Source of the DNA: Girardia tigrina
Lineage: Eukaryota
Direction: 5' to 3'
Length of the DNA: 57,033 nt
Assembly: GCA_001938485.1 (NCBI GenBank)
Contig: MQRK01245561.1
Span: forward strand, 17,610-74,642
The notes beneath the pieces were generated by a model. That model ran no database searches and was not told the DNA's origin. It was given only the letters and a program-made list of their open reading frames with translations. Position numbers and translations under genes: made by a program. Each line of letters begins with the position of its first letter. The stretch's first letter is position 1. Of this stretch, positions 1 to 11,229 are shown one piece after another.

Positions 1-229
1 AAAAAAATTGTAACGATTATTTTTGTTAGTGAATGTTTGCTATAATTTATAATTGTACAATTGTTATTTAAAAAAAAAGTTAAGATTGTTTAAAAGAAAG
101 AAATTAAATACAGTAATTAATTACCGCATTCGACTGTTTAATTCATTTACTTAAATTTTATTATTAAACCAATTTATAAAACCAATTATTAAACCAATTT
201 AATTGATCAATTAAAGAATATAATAGTAA

Positions 230-1060
230 TTAATGGTTTTCGAAATTTAAATAATTTAAATCTAAATATTAATTTTACGTTTTAAATTGAAAATGAAAAT
301 AAAATATCATTCTTAGATGTCTTGATAAAAAAAGAAACAAAATAATTTCTAATAACAGTATGTTTAATAGTTTTTGTTACAAAAAATATAATAGAAATAT
401 GACCAAGGGTTTAGTTCATAAAGTATGGAGTTTAACGTCTTCATTTAAAATATTTGATAATGAAATTGTTATTCATCTCCATAGACTTTATAAAAATGGT
501 TGTAATACAAAGTTTTTAATTAATCTTGTTACAAATACTATTGTGTCAATTTATATAAAATCAAATAATACCAACCGGATAAAAATTGTAACAAAAGAAG
601 TCAAAGATACAGTAAAATTATTTTTAATAAATCGTAACCTACATACTACAATTGCTGAACAAACTCAATTAAGTAGAAATAGCTCAATTATGGATCATGT
701 GTTGAAGTGTCATGGAAATTGTAGGAAAGGACATGACATGAATTTTCAGGTTTTAATCAGTAATTTTGATTGAAATTATGAAAGGATAATTACTGAAGCT
801 CTGTTAATTAAGTTTTTGAAACCTAATTTAAGCGTTCAAAGTGATTCATCCAATCATATTAAAGTATTTTATGTAAGACATAAAAGACGTATTGGTCTTC
901 AAGTGACGAAATGTCCGAACACCCTTCTATATATATAAACAATAGTAGGTATTTAGAATTCAGAACTGATGATGCCATAAAGGCGAAACATGTTTTCTAA
1001 AAATAAAAATTAAAAAAAAGATTACGTTCGAAATCTATGAATATATATGTAAGTAATTTT
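230..1060 (+). mobile_element. Penelope-like retroelement (PLE) 3' remnant: RT thumb, linker, GIY-YIG C-terminus and pLTR
   Basis: Degenerate translation LNINFTF*IENENKISFLDVLIKK (~260-335) is typical of the PLE RT C-terminus. ORF 360-773 ends SSIMDHVLKCH...NFQVL and continues past the stop as ERIITEALLIKFLKPNLSVQ, the GIY-YIG EALLI..KP.LN motif. A hammerhead follows. Confidence 0.8.
962..998 (+). ncRNA. Minimal type-I hammerhead ribozyme (PLE pLTR)
   Basis: AGAA|CTGATGA(966-972)|T|GCC-ATAAA-GGC|GAAA|CATG|TT|TTCT. The core is intact, stem II is 3 bp, stem III is the palindrome ACATGT and stem I is AGAA/TTCT. Predicted cleavage after GUU (994). Confidence 0.8.
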
Positions 1061-1146
1061 TCTCTTCTTTTGTAACAAATATCCAAAACTGAAATTGTAA
1101 TAATGTAATTTATTTGGAAGACCATTTGATACTGAAGCGTTATTAA

Positions 1147-1367
1147 CCCTTTCCTGTCTGAATAAAGAATTAAATTGGCATCCTTAAATCACTTTTGCAA
1201 CTTTGAAATGATAAAAACAAAATGGCGTTTGATAAAACATGTGTAAGAATAATTTGTATATTCGTCTATTGATCAGAAATAAAAATATTATTTGTATTTT
1301 GCCATAGATTCCTATAAAATATTAAAATGAAACATGATTCCATATGACATCAATAGCCAGGAAAGGG
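1147..1367. mobile_element. piggyBac-type MITE
   Basis: TTAA(1143-1146)-CCCTTTCCTG...CAGGAAAGGG-TTAA(1368-1371): 10-bp TIR with TTAA TSD. Confidence 0.85.
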
Positions 1368-1389
1368 TTAATACTATAAATAATCAATA

Positions 1390-1828
1390 TTATATATATT
1401 ATAAAAGCCCAAGTCACTCACTGCTTCACTAACGCTGACGTAATCAAGCGCTGACGTAATCACTATTTGCTATCATTTTATATACCAATTCGAATATTTT
1501 ATTTAATTTNNNNNNNNNNNNNNNNNNNNNNNNNNNNNNNNNNNNNNNNNNNNNNNNNNNNNNNNNNNNNNNNNNNNNNNNNNNNNNNNNNNNNNNNNNN
1601 NNNNNNNNNNNNNNNNNNNNNNNNNNNNNNNNNNNNNNNNNNNNNNNNNNNNNNNNNNNNNNNNNNNNNNNNNNNNNNNNNNNNNNNNNNNNNAAAATCA
1701 TTTCAAAAATTTACCTTACAGCGTTAGTGAAGCAGTGAGGCAGGCAGTGAGTTACTTGGGCTTTTATAATATAAAAAAAATTGAACCCCCGGCAAGAGAG
1801 GGCCGCGAAGCGTGCCGAGCGCGCTAGT
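1390..1828 (+). mobile_element. Non-autonomous Helitron-like element spanning an assembly gap
   Basis: 5' TTATAAAAGCCCAAGTCACTCACTGC motif, with an inverted copy at 1719-1770 and another copy at 12863-12915. The 3' GC-rich hairpin region ends in CTAG|T (1824-1828). Confidence 0.6.
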
Positions 1829-1904
1829 TTAAAATAATATCTTCAAAATATTTTTATACTGATTAATCTGCTTAACAAAAGTATAAAAATCTTTATTCCA
1901 AAAC

Positions 1905-3356
1905 TTATACATCTGTAATATCACTGGTTTTCCTATCGGAGGACAAATCTTCTAATTCTGCAATAAAACTTCCAAATGAGGATCTGTTGGATGGATCGTT
2001 ATTATATCGCGAAATAGAAGAAGCTGGATCGGTTTGTGGAGCGATCATGCACACGAATGCTCTTCCACTGACGACATCGGTGGGATAAATGGTAGTTGGG
2101 GGAAAATCTTCGTTCTTTTCAACAAAATGAATGAGATTCCTATAAATATCTGCATACTGTCGCTTCAAATCTACTCCCCTTGACTCTAACTGTCTTAAAA
2201 TATTCACAAATATAATCTGTCGATCTTTATAATCAAGTGGCCCATCGGATTGTTGGTTTGGTAACATGGTTAGCAAAAGAGAGGTTGGTCGAAAGTCATC
2301 AGACATCTGTTTATGGCGAAGATGATTTAAAAACATATCTGACAGTGAGATTGTTACACATTTCTTTATTGCACGAATTGTAGAATGCCGTATTTTCGCG
2401 GGACACTTTCCCAACATATTTTCATCTATTGCAATAGAAATGTTGATGACAATACTTTTTTCTGGATCATACATATTGCACGCTTCATGAATAGCTGACA
2501 ACGAATTTGGAATAAATCTTGAAATGAGAATATTTATATTTTTGATACATACAAAAACTGGATAATTATTAATATGACTAGTTCCATATTTGATAAACTT
2601 CTCAGCGTCAGCGCAACAAGAGAACCACATCACAACACAGCCTCTACCCATTCGTAGATAACCACCTTGTCCAAGATTGGACATCGTATTATGAACTGAT
2701 TCATCTGATAAAATTTTCTTTATAACAGACTTAATCAAACTTACTGTTTGACCTATAGGACAGATATTCGTTTTGTGATAAACCCAATCTTGCTGTCGAC
2801 ATTGAGTACTACAATAATACGTGTAACAATGATGACAAGATTTAAAAACCTTTCTAGCTTCAATCAATGGCACTCTTGCTTGACAAGAAGAATAACAACA
2901 AGTTGCCATTATCATACCAAGGTCTTTATCAACAACCAGACCTTGGTATTTATTAATATTACTTACTCCATGATTTTGAATGAATGATCTTGAGACATTT
3001 TTATTTTTTCCAACTTGAGCAATATTATGTGTATTAAATAAAGATGATAAATGATTTGATGAGGATGAGCAATTCGAATCATTCGAATTAGTTCCACTCC
3101 ATGAAGTTGCAGTGGATGGAGGAACTGTGTTCGCCAATAAAGCATTAAGTACTCCTTCAATTACTGGAGATTTTGAAGAATCACCGTTTTCATTCGACAA
3201 GTAGTTTGATACTTTGACAATAGAATTACTGTCGTCAGAAATTGCTGAAGACATACGATAACCTTTTTGAGATCTAATGTGAGTACTTCCTCCATATGAA
3301 TTCGTTGATTTGTTAGATAAATGCATAATAGAACAACGGTGAGCTGCGTAGAACAA
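1905..3356 (-). CDS. AJM1: Apical junction component 1 homolog (AJM1/C9orf172-like), MYND-type zinc finger
   Basis: 483-aa ORF. Ser/Asn-rich N-terminus, then CCYSSC...FKSCHHCYTYYCSTQCRQQDW..HK, GYLRMGRG and RQIIFVNILRQLESRGVDL...YRNLIHFVE blocks characteristic of the AJM-1 family C-terminal domain. Start uncertain; may be the last exon of a longer gene. Confidence 0.75.
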   Translation of the reverse strand: MFYAAHRCSIMHLSNKSTNSYGGSTHIRSQKGYRMSSAISDDSNSIVKVSNYLSNENGDSSKSPVIEGVLNALLANTVPPSTATSWSGTNSNDSNCSSSSNHLSSLFNTHNIAQVGKNKNVSRSFIQNHGVSNINKYQGLVVDKDLGMIMATCCYSSCQARVPLIEARKVFKSCHHCYTYYCSTQCRQQDWVYHKTNICPIGQTVSLIKSVIKKILSDESVHNTMSNLGQGGYLRMGRGCVVMWFSCCADAEKFIKYGTSHINNYPVFVCIKNINILISRFIPNSLSAIHEACNMYDPEKSIVINISIAIDENMLGKCPAKIRHSTIRAIKKCVTISLSDMFLNHLRHKQMSDDFRPTSLLLTMLPNQQSDGPLDYKDRQIIFVNILRQLESRGVDLKRQYADIYRNLIHFVEKNEDFPPTTIYPTDVVSGRAFVCMIAPQTDPASSISRYNNDPSNRSSFGSFIAELEDLSSDRKTSDITDV

Positions 3357-5149
3357 GTGTATGTTTGGTTTAATGATAAATTCTGGACATGATCAATGTG
3401 CACCGTGTTACTATGCCGATACGAGCCATGGCACCTGATGCTGAAATGTGCAGAATACTCAGCACACACGCACTTTCACAAAATGATAGCCTTAGTGCGT
3501 GAAAACATTGAAGGTTACCTTCTTAAAGTTTAGTTTGTTTCGCATATCTGACAATAAGGGTGCTTCGATCAATAATATATTTACCTGAGACTAATTGATA
3601 CTTATGAATCATTTTGATCAGATCAGCAATTTACTTAAGTTAAGTACCTGATACTTTCTATCTACATACTTTCTATTTTTAATAAGTGGTTTGCAACTAG
3701 TTTATTCTTCTATTTTATCGCAATGAAAACAAAATGTAATATATTATAACAGAGAAAAATGATTATATTATATTTCAGAAATTCGAAATTCTATTTCAAT
3801 ATAATAATAATTTTCATATTTTATTTTATAGACATATTATAATGTCTTAATAATAATGATATTAATAATTATTATAATTGTTGGGAGCGTTGTTGAGTTC
3901 ATAAAATTTTTGAATGTACAATCTTATCATATAATTAAAAAATTACATTCCGTAAAATATTGTTATAGATATGTTAAAATAAGATTTTCTGAAATTTAAT
4001 GTAAAAATTAATTTATGTAAGAAATAAAATAAATTTTACGGTAGGTTTATTAAAAGATTTATGCAAAGATTTATTATAAAGTAAAAAAGATAATTTCAAA
4101 TTTGATGAAAATATTTAATTGAAATAAAATCAAAAGTAATATAAAGTTTAATATTTTATTTGCGTAATGAAAGTAAACTAAACTATTTTTTTGTAACTTT
4201 ATTTTACACGATTAAATCGAAGTAAATTAAAAATGTAATTATAATTTTTTTCGGAAATTTTAATTGGAATCAAAATATAATTGTAAAACAATTAAATCGA
4301 CTTAAATGAAAATATGATTTTAATTCTATTTTCAAAACAGTATTTTATTAAATCGAAAAGTAATTTTTAAAACTATTATGAAAACGAAATGAAAAAACTA
4401 TTGTATAGAATTGGGAAATTTAATTGAGAAACAGGTAAATTTAAATGTACAATAAAATTGAAATTTAATAAAAGACGCAACAAAATCTTTGTGACATAAT
4501 TTTAATTCACTTTATAATTTTTTATTAAAAAAAGTAGAGAATTTTAATTCGTAATAAATACAATAACCATATTTATACTTATACCAATTCTTATTTATAA
4601 TGGTCTGTGTAAAAAAGAAAGTGCAAAAGTTCCTCGAAAATATTTGTTTAAAAAAATCTCAAATTGTGGTAGAAATAAAATTTTGTGTTGATGACAACGT
4701 CTTTTGATCAAGAACCCAATAATAATAATAATTATTATTAATTATAAAATTCAATAAACGCGAAGAATTCCTTTATATTATTATTAACACATTGACTCCC
4801 GCAAGCACAAATGTGGGCAATATGCGATATCTTTTGAACGACTTCGAATTTTTCGACCCTATTTTTTTATTGTAAAAATTTTTGAAAGATGTACCAAATT
4901 AATTATCTTCAAAACAACTATTAGTTTTTTTATGTTTTGTTTACTTTTTTATTAGAATAATATTTTTCATTTCTTTTCCATTTTAAAATTATTATTATGC
5001 TATTGAATTAAATATTTTAGTGTAATTCTTGAATTCTTCTACATCGTCTTTTTAACCCAGAAGTATCTGATTTGAGATCCGCAACATTTTTTACTTATCA
5101 AAAATCTGGTTGGATGAAATGATTTGGCGTCAAAACTTCCTCTCTTTCA

Positions 5150-5830
5150 TTACCTTCATACAAGACAGTTAAAGTCTTCTATTTAATAAATTTTCTATAG
5201 CAATAAATGCTGACAATTCTTTATCTGTTACTTCAGCTTCTCCCAGAATTCTCATCATCACTTTCTTCAAAAATCCCCCAAAATGTGGTGTTACAGGGGA
5301 TTGAAAATCCACGTTATCTTTCCAGTATTTAACCACTTCTTGATAGAATTATTATCAATTTGAATGTTCATAATTTTCTTTCACGCTCCGAAAAAATTTG
5401 AACCATTGTCTGTTATTAATAATAATTTTAATTATATATATCGGCATTCCCATTCTTGCAATAAATCTCTCTTAAGTCATGACGAATGAATCGGTATCTA
5501 AACCACATGTCATTTGTAAGGGAGCCGCTTTGGTCTGGAGATAGGTGATAAGGCACATATCGTTTCTCTTTCACTAGTCGTCGACTTTGTTTTGTCAAAA
5601 ACAATCCAGTGTAATCAATTCCCTATTTTTTGAATGCGCATAATTCATTTTCTAATCTGAACTTAAAAATCGATGCCATCATTTGAGAGGATCATTTTCT
5701 TCGATAATTTTTACAAACATAACATTTTCTTTTGATTTTTGATTTTTCTTCTTCCTAGAATACAATACTCTTTATTCAGCTCTGATAGTAAATAACTATA
5801 GCTTCCAAAATGATCGATTTGTTTATGTTT
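5150..5830 (-). pseudogene. Bel/Pao LTR-retrotransposon integrase remnant
   Basis: Minus-strand degenerate peptides AFKK..GIDYTGLFL (~5600-5640) and PVTPHFGGF (~5270-5300) match Bel/Pao integrase motifs (PF...GxDYxGP; PPxAPHFGG). Confidence 0.6.
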
Positions 5831-5899
5831 TTGTTTGATTATTAACCTAGAATTAAGGCGTTCTCTTGATGAGACTCTTTCTCACTTAGGTGTCTTCTC

Positions 5900-7450
5900 T
5901 CCTTCGAAAATTCAGGACTTTTATACCACTGATTTAAGTTTTTATAATTTTAAATTTTGATTCCTAGTGACAACAAATCAGCTACTACCTCTTTTATTGT
6001 TTTCTTCCTTCATGTCAAACTTGTCTCTTAGATATTCATTCACTTTTTCTGCTCCTGTATCACATAATATGATCAGATCGCTTCGTTTTACTTTGGGTAT
6101 CCATTCTTTCTAACTCTCTCTGGCTTGACTTTTCGTTGTCACCGTTAATAATCTTCTGTAAATGTTGTGGTTTTTGGCTTCCTCATGTTCGTTTGGCACT
6201 GAATGCAAGTTTCACAATTTCGTCTTGATAGCATATCTGCATTTCCATGTAATTCTCTGTTTCTATATTCTATTTCGATATCCAAGCTACTTAAGTAGTT
6301 CCATCCATTTTTAAAATTGAGTTTTCAACGGCTTGTTTGTGTGCAACATGAATGTAATTGTTTTATTATATGTTCTCAGTTTAAAGTTTTTCAAATGTAT
6401 TTATAGTGGCTAAAGCGTTTGCAGAAATAGAAAACAATCGAACCTCTATTTAACGAAGTCTCCATTTAACGAAGAAAATTTTTTGTCCCGAGCAAAAATT
6501 TTGTCCCGCATAGAAATAAAGAATTACTTCTATTTAACGAAACCTCCATTTAACGAAGTATTTTTTTGGTCCCTTCCACTTCGTTATATAGGGGTTCGAC
6601 TGTATAGCTAAAAGCTCCTTTCTGGTTTTACAATAACCTTTCTCGTGTACCGACATTGTGCACGATCCTTATGCTATGACATGGTTCCTACCTAACTCGC
6701 TTACCTGTTACAGTACTGCCATTATGCTCTCAAAGCTATTGTCTGTATCTAGGATGAACTGTTTCCTTAAGTCTTGAAGACTCAGTATTGGTGCCATTAT
6801 CAACGCTTTCTTCTTGTCCGGAAATGCTATCACACGCGTCTGTCCAAATCATTTTTTCTTTATTTGAGCCGCACATTTCTTCTAACAACTTGACTTTCTT
6901 CGCGTAACCGTTAATAAATCTTCTATAGTAATTACAAATTTCCAAAAAACGCCTAAAATTCTTAATACATGTATGTCTTTGAAAAGTTTCCATAGCTGTG
7001 ATTTTCTCTGGATCTGTCTGTATTCCTCTATGGTTTATCATATTTATAATAATTCTATCATTAAGTTGTAGTACTCTTTCTTCGTATTTGTTGCTATTAA
7101 TATGTCAACTAAATAAACTGATGCACCTTTCTTTGTTGGTCACAATACCTTAGTCATCAATTCCTGGACTGTCCTGAGGCTGCTGCAATACAGATTATCG
7201 GTAATAGGCATCTTTTCGAAACAAAATTGACCTGATTTAGTGGAAAATGCCCTTTTTCCTGTGATTCTTCGTCCGATTCTATTTGATAGTATGCATTTCC
7301 TAAATCTATTGTGCTGAAATATTTCATTCCATGGAGTCTATCCATCATTTCGTCTATGTTTTGCATGGGAAAGGCCTGTTTCTGTGTAATTCAATTTAGC
7401 TATCTGAAATCCAAACACAATCTGATTTCGTCCTATCTTTCTTCCAGACA
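5900..7450 (-). pseudogene. Ty3/gypsy pol remnant (RT, RNase H, start of integrase)
   Basis: ORFs 7157-7366 (MQNIDEMMDRLHGMKYFSTIDLGNAYYQI) and 6736-7041 (GIQTDPEKI..RRFLEICNYYRRFI). RNase H motifs LDTD.S and YCKTRKELLAI are present; many frameshifts. Confidence 0.85.
6435..6602. mobile_element. pogo/Tigger-type MITE inserted in the gypsy RNase H region
   Basis: TIRs CAATCGAACCTCTATTTAACGAAG / CTTCGTTATATAGGGGTTCGACTG followed by TA. Internal CTCCATTTAACGAAG repeats. It splits the ...KELLAI|FYFCKRFSHY coding remnant. Confidence 0.8.
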
Positions 7451-8316
7451 CATACTATTGGTGTATTTCATTGGGAGTTACATCATAAATGGGTCAAATT
7501 ACCGATATATTCTGATAAAACAGCCGATAAAATGGGTGATAGAACAATTGGAAAGACTTTTATGTTGATTAGTTACACCAAAAATAAATTTCCCATGAAT
7601 CACGGATTGTGGGACTTAGCTACGGCCGATATCGTATTCACAGACTGATTCATTCTTGATTTACTTCTCGTTGATCAACTCGTCGTCGTACAAAAAGGTT
7701 CGAGTCAAATGATACCCCGAGATCACACAAGACTGTCAGCTTACACCAATTATTCTCGACAGCACCAGCTCGATATGCACAAGATGATAATCTATGGCGA
7801 GGTTGAAAAGGACCGACAGAACACTCCGATTAGCTATCAATAGGGGTTTGAATTGGTCAAAGAAATATAAACTGTTAGTTACACTCTTTTCAGCGGAGCA
7901 TTCTCTGTGGCTATGCTTCTGTCCTCCAAATATGCGCCGATCGGATATTGAAGGAAGTGAAACTGTCGCAAATAAGACTAAAATTAAATTTGCCTAATCC
8001 CTATGAAGACATTCAGGTCGAACCATCTGCATCTCAGTTTGCCCAGATGTAGCGGAGCCTAAATCGTCGTTACTACCCACTCCTGAAGATCCATGTGAAT
8101 GATTACCACTTCACCATTCTTTACGTGGATACGCCAATCCACTCATTTTTGTTTTCACATAGGCAAAATGTTACGTCTGTATCTTTCTTACCAACTTTCT
8201 TATCTAACTCAAATAAATATCCATTAGGAGTAAATTTATATTTTCATCTTTTACTTCAAATATTTTCAACCGTTCAATAATAAATTGTATTATCGCGAAA
8301 AATTATTTTACAAATT

Positions 8317-8427
8317 TTGCCAGGATATCTTGGACAAGATCACCGTTTATATATCGAAAACTGGTTTTTTAGACACACTTTATTTTATATTTCGCATGAA
8401 AAGAAAATGAATGTGTATGGAACTGTA
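8317..8427 (+). pseudogene. piggyBac transposase fragment
   Basis: LPGYLGQDHRLYIENWFF...HEKKMNVYGTV resembles the piggyBac YLGKGH.LYVDNWY...GTV block. A TTAA-CACATTGA piggyBac-like end lies at 4784-4795. Confidence 0.65.
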
Positions 8428-11229
8428 ATATAAGGAGTAAATTTTTATGTTCATCTTTTACTTCAAATATTTTCAATCGTTCAATAATATATTTTATAAA
8501 TTTTTCTAAAAATACATATCTAAACAAATTAAAAATAAAAAATTTAATTTACTAAAAAACATAAAAATGTATTTTTAAAAATAAATAATATTGTCTAAAA
8601 TTTTTTTTAAATAAAATTTATAAAAAAATATAAAAAACAAGTAACATACAAATTTAGGTTAATTTTTATAAAAGTACATTTTATAACTCTTAAAATTATT
8701 TATCATAAACATTAAAGAATAATTGATCAGTATGTCTTTGTAAAATTATGTTTACCATAATCACAAAAATTTATTTTTAAAAATAAATGATATTAGTCTA
8801 AAAATTTTTTTGTTAAAGTTTATATTAAAAGAATACGTGACCGAAATTTTTGATTTCAAAAAATACGTTACCGAAAAAATGGCGCCAAGAAGCACTGTAC
8901 TCGTAATTTGTAGGATTTTTTGAGGAAATTTGCTAATTTGAAAGTCGTTTTATATTGTGGTGAGATAATAATATCATAACAGCCAGATTAGCAAAATCAA
9001 TGTCCGTAGGTATGATTTTATCAGGTGTCAGTGCAGGAGATCTGATATTCTATCAATCTATCTAATCAATTAGAACTTTTACTGATGAAATAAATATGAG
9101 CTCAAATACAATTAAACGCCGATTCTCCCCTTGAAAATGGGGGGTGGCGCTCTATAGATTAATGGTTTTATTTGAGGCCAAGATATATACGCGTCAAAAA
9201 GAACTGCAAATAATTAAAAAATAGAAGACATCATTTCAAAACATTTATTTAATAACAAATTTACTGGCGTTTACATTTCTTATGAATCTATTAATCTGCT
9301 CTTTGGGCTTTTGTTGTTTTCCTTTAGAGAAATATGCGGAGTGTCAGAAATTGGCAACGACCCGATGTGTTGCTCGATCCTCAAGACCGGCCTAAGTTTT
9401 TCTGATGGCTTTGAACTCCGTGTTGAGACAGATTTGCTCTGTGTACAGCCACTTCACCTCACTGAGCTACATCTCCACTGTGACTACTGACTGCATAGTT
9501 CAAGAGTATTTGAGATAAATAAATATCAGTCTTGCAGTGGAAGAGCAAGCTCTTGAGCGTGCAAGCCAGATCTTTGAATTCGACCATTCCCCTGTTTAAG
9601 ATCTTCATTCGTAATTTGAGTCTAACTAAGTTTTCTGACCAGTCGTTTGATTTGGGCTGTCAGCTGTTTACCTCTTTCTCGGGATTCATTTCTAAATACT
9701 CGTCAGTAAGTTTATTATTTGACCTTTATTTAGTTTTTTTAACAGTAATGATCTATTGACATCGAAATCATTCATAGACGTAGCATTGGATCCGGGAAAG
9801 TACCACTAACCTTTTAACTCTCTTGTGTCTGTTGGGTCACTTATGTAAGTATGTGGTTGTTGGGGTCTGTTCTACTTGTCAATGATAGCATGTAACTTAT
9901 GTCAAAATTTTAACATGATAGTCTTTATTTGTTTGAACATATTCTCCTAATTTATACATTCTAGAATATTCTCACAATTCATTGAGTTACTCAATTTGAG
10001 TGTCGTATTCATTCGCTCTAGAGTTTTGTGAGTTGACCTTTGTCCCTAAAAACATACCAGCTAATTAGTCCACCCTTAGACAATTTTCACACGTACCTGG
10101 ATGGAAACTGATGTACAATCACTGATTTTAAAACTGATCCTACCCAAGGGTATTCGAGTGAAAATGGTAAAATTAATATTTGAGAATTAAAATTCATTTA
10201 AAGAAAAATTGAAATGAGACTGAACATATAAAAATTATAATAAAGTAAAAATCAAATACATATTTAAAAAATTAACATAAATACGTTACCGACCATTTCG
10301 TGGGAAAAATAAATTTAAACACTCGGGACCCGAGAGAGAGAGTAACCCACTACTCTTTCTCTCGGTCGCGAGAATTCAACAATACCAACCTTTTAGTTTG
10401 TTGCAAAGGTTTTCGAAATATCCAATTTATTTCTCAGATTTATTCTATTGTCTGATTTTAAAACTGATTTTTTACTCGTTTGTGTTCCAATTTTAACTGA
10501 AATTCGTTCAGTTTATATACTAAATTTTTCTCTGACTTTCTCTGCGTGTCCAATTCTAACTGGTCCACGTACGTTTTGGAATCGTACGATCGGTACCTAT
10601 TGGAACACGTCAGTTGCTAATTTTATGCTTTCTAAAATTAAAAAATTTTGGATCGATGATTAATAATGTAAGTACTTTTATTTTGTTTTAATTTTACTAT
10701 TTTTAATATTTTTCTCATCTTTTTTCAGAGCTTTTTTTGGGCTGTCAGACACATCATTGCAGTACTGACAATATAAATCAATAATCATATTTTCTGTTTA
10801 AATTTAATTTGAACGAATTACCAGAATACTCAGATTTCAAATATTTCAGATTTCTCTTCCCAATCATCAAACAAAATTCATACGAAAATGTCCTATTGAA
10901 TTTTCAGGCAAATCACATCAATAACTTGAAATTCAATTGACAAAAAATTGATTTTAAATAATTTGATTTTCTGTAACCTGATTCCCAAAATAATTGTAAA
11001 TTGTTTTAATAATATTTTTTTTCGCTACAAAATCAAACTTCTTATATTATACACACTATTAATAGTCTAAGGTGGAAATTGAGAAATGTTTTTTCATATC
11101 AGGTATTCTAATAAGTTGTTTAATGTCATTTTATAAATTTAAATGTATTTGAGTATTTAAGAAGTGTTCTACTTTATATTCATTACGTGCAGTTTTAAGT
11201 TTGTTTATCCAAGTCATACTTTTATTTTA

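Noticed and set aside
1444-1727. ORFs made of X residues (also 12566-12799)
   Set aside because: Artefacts of N gaps.
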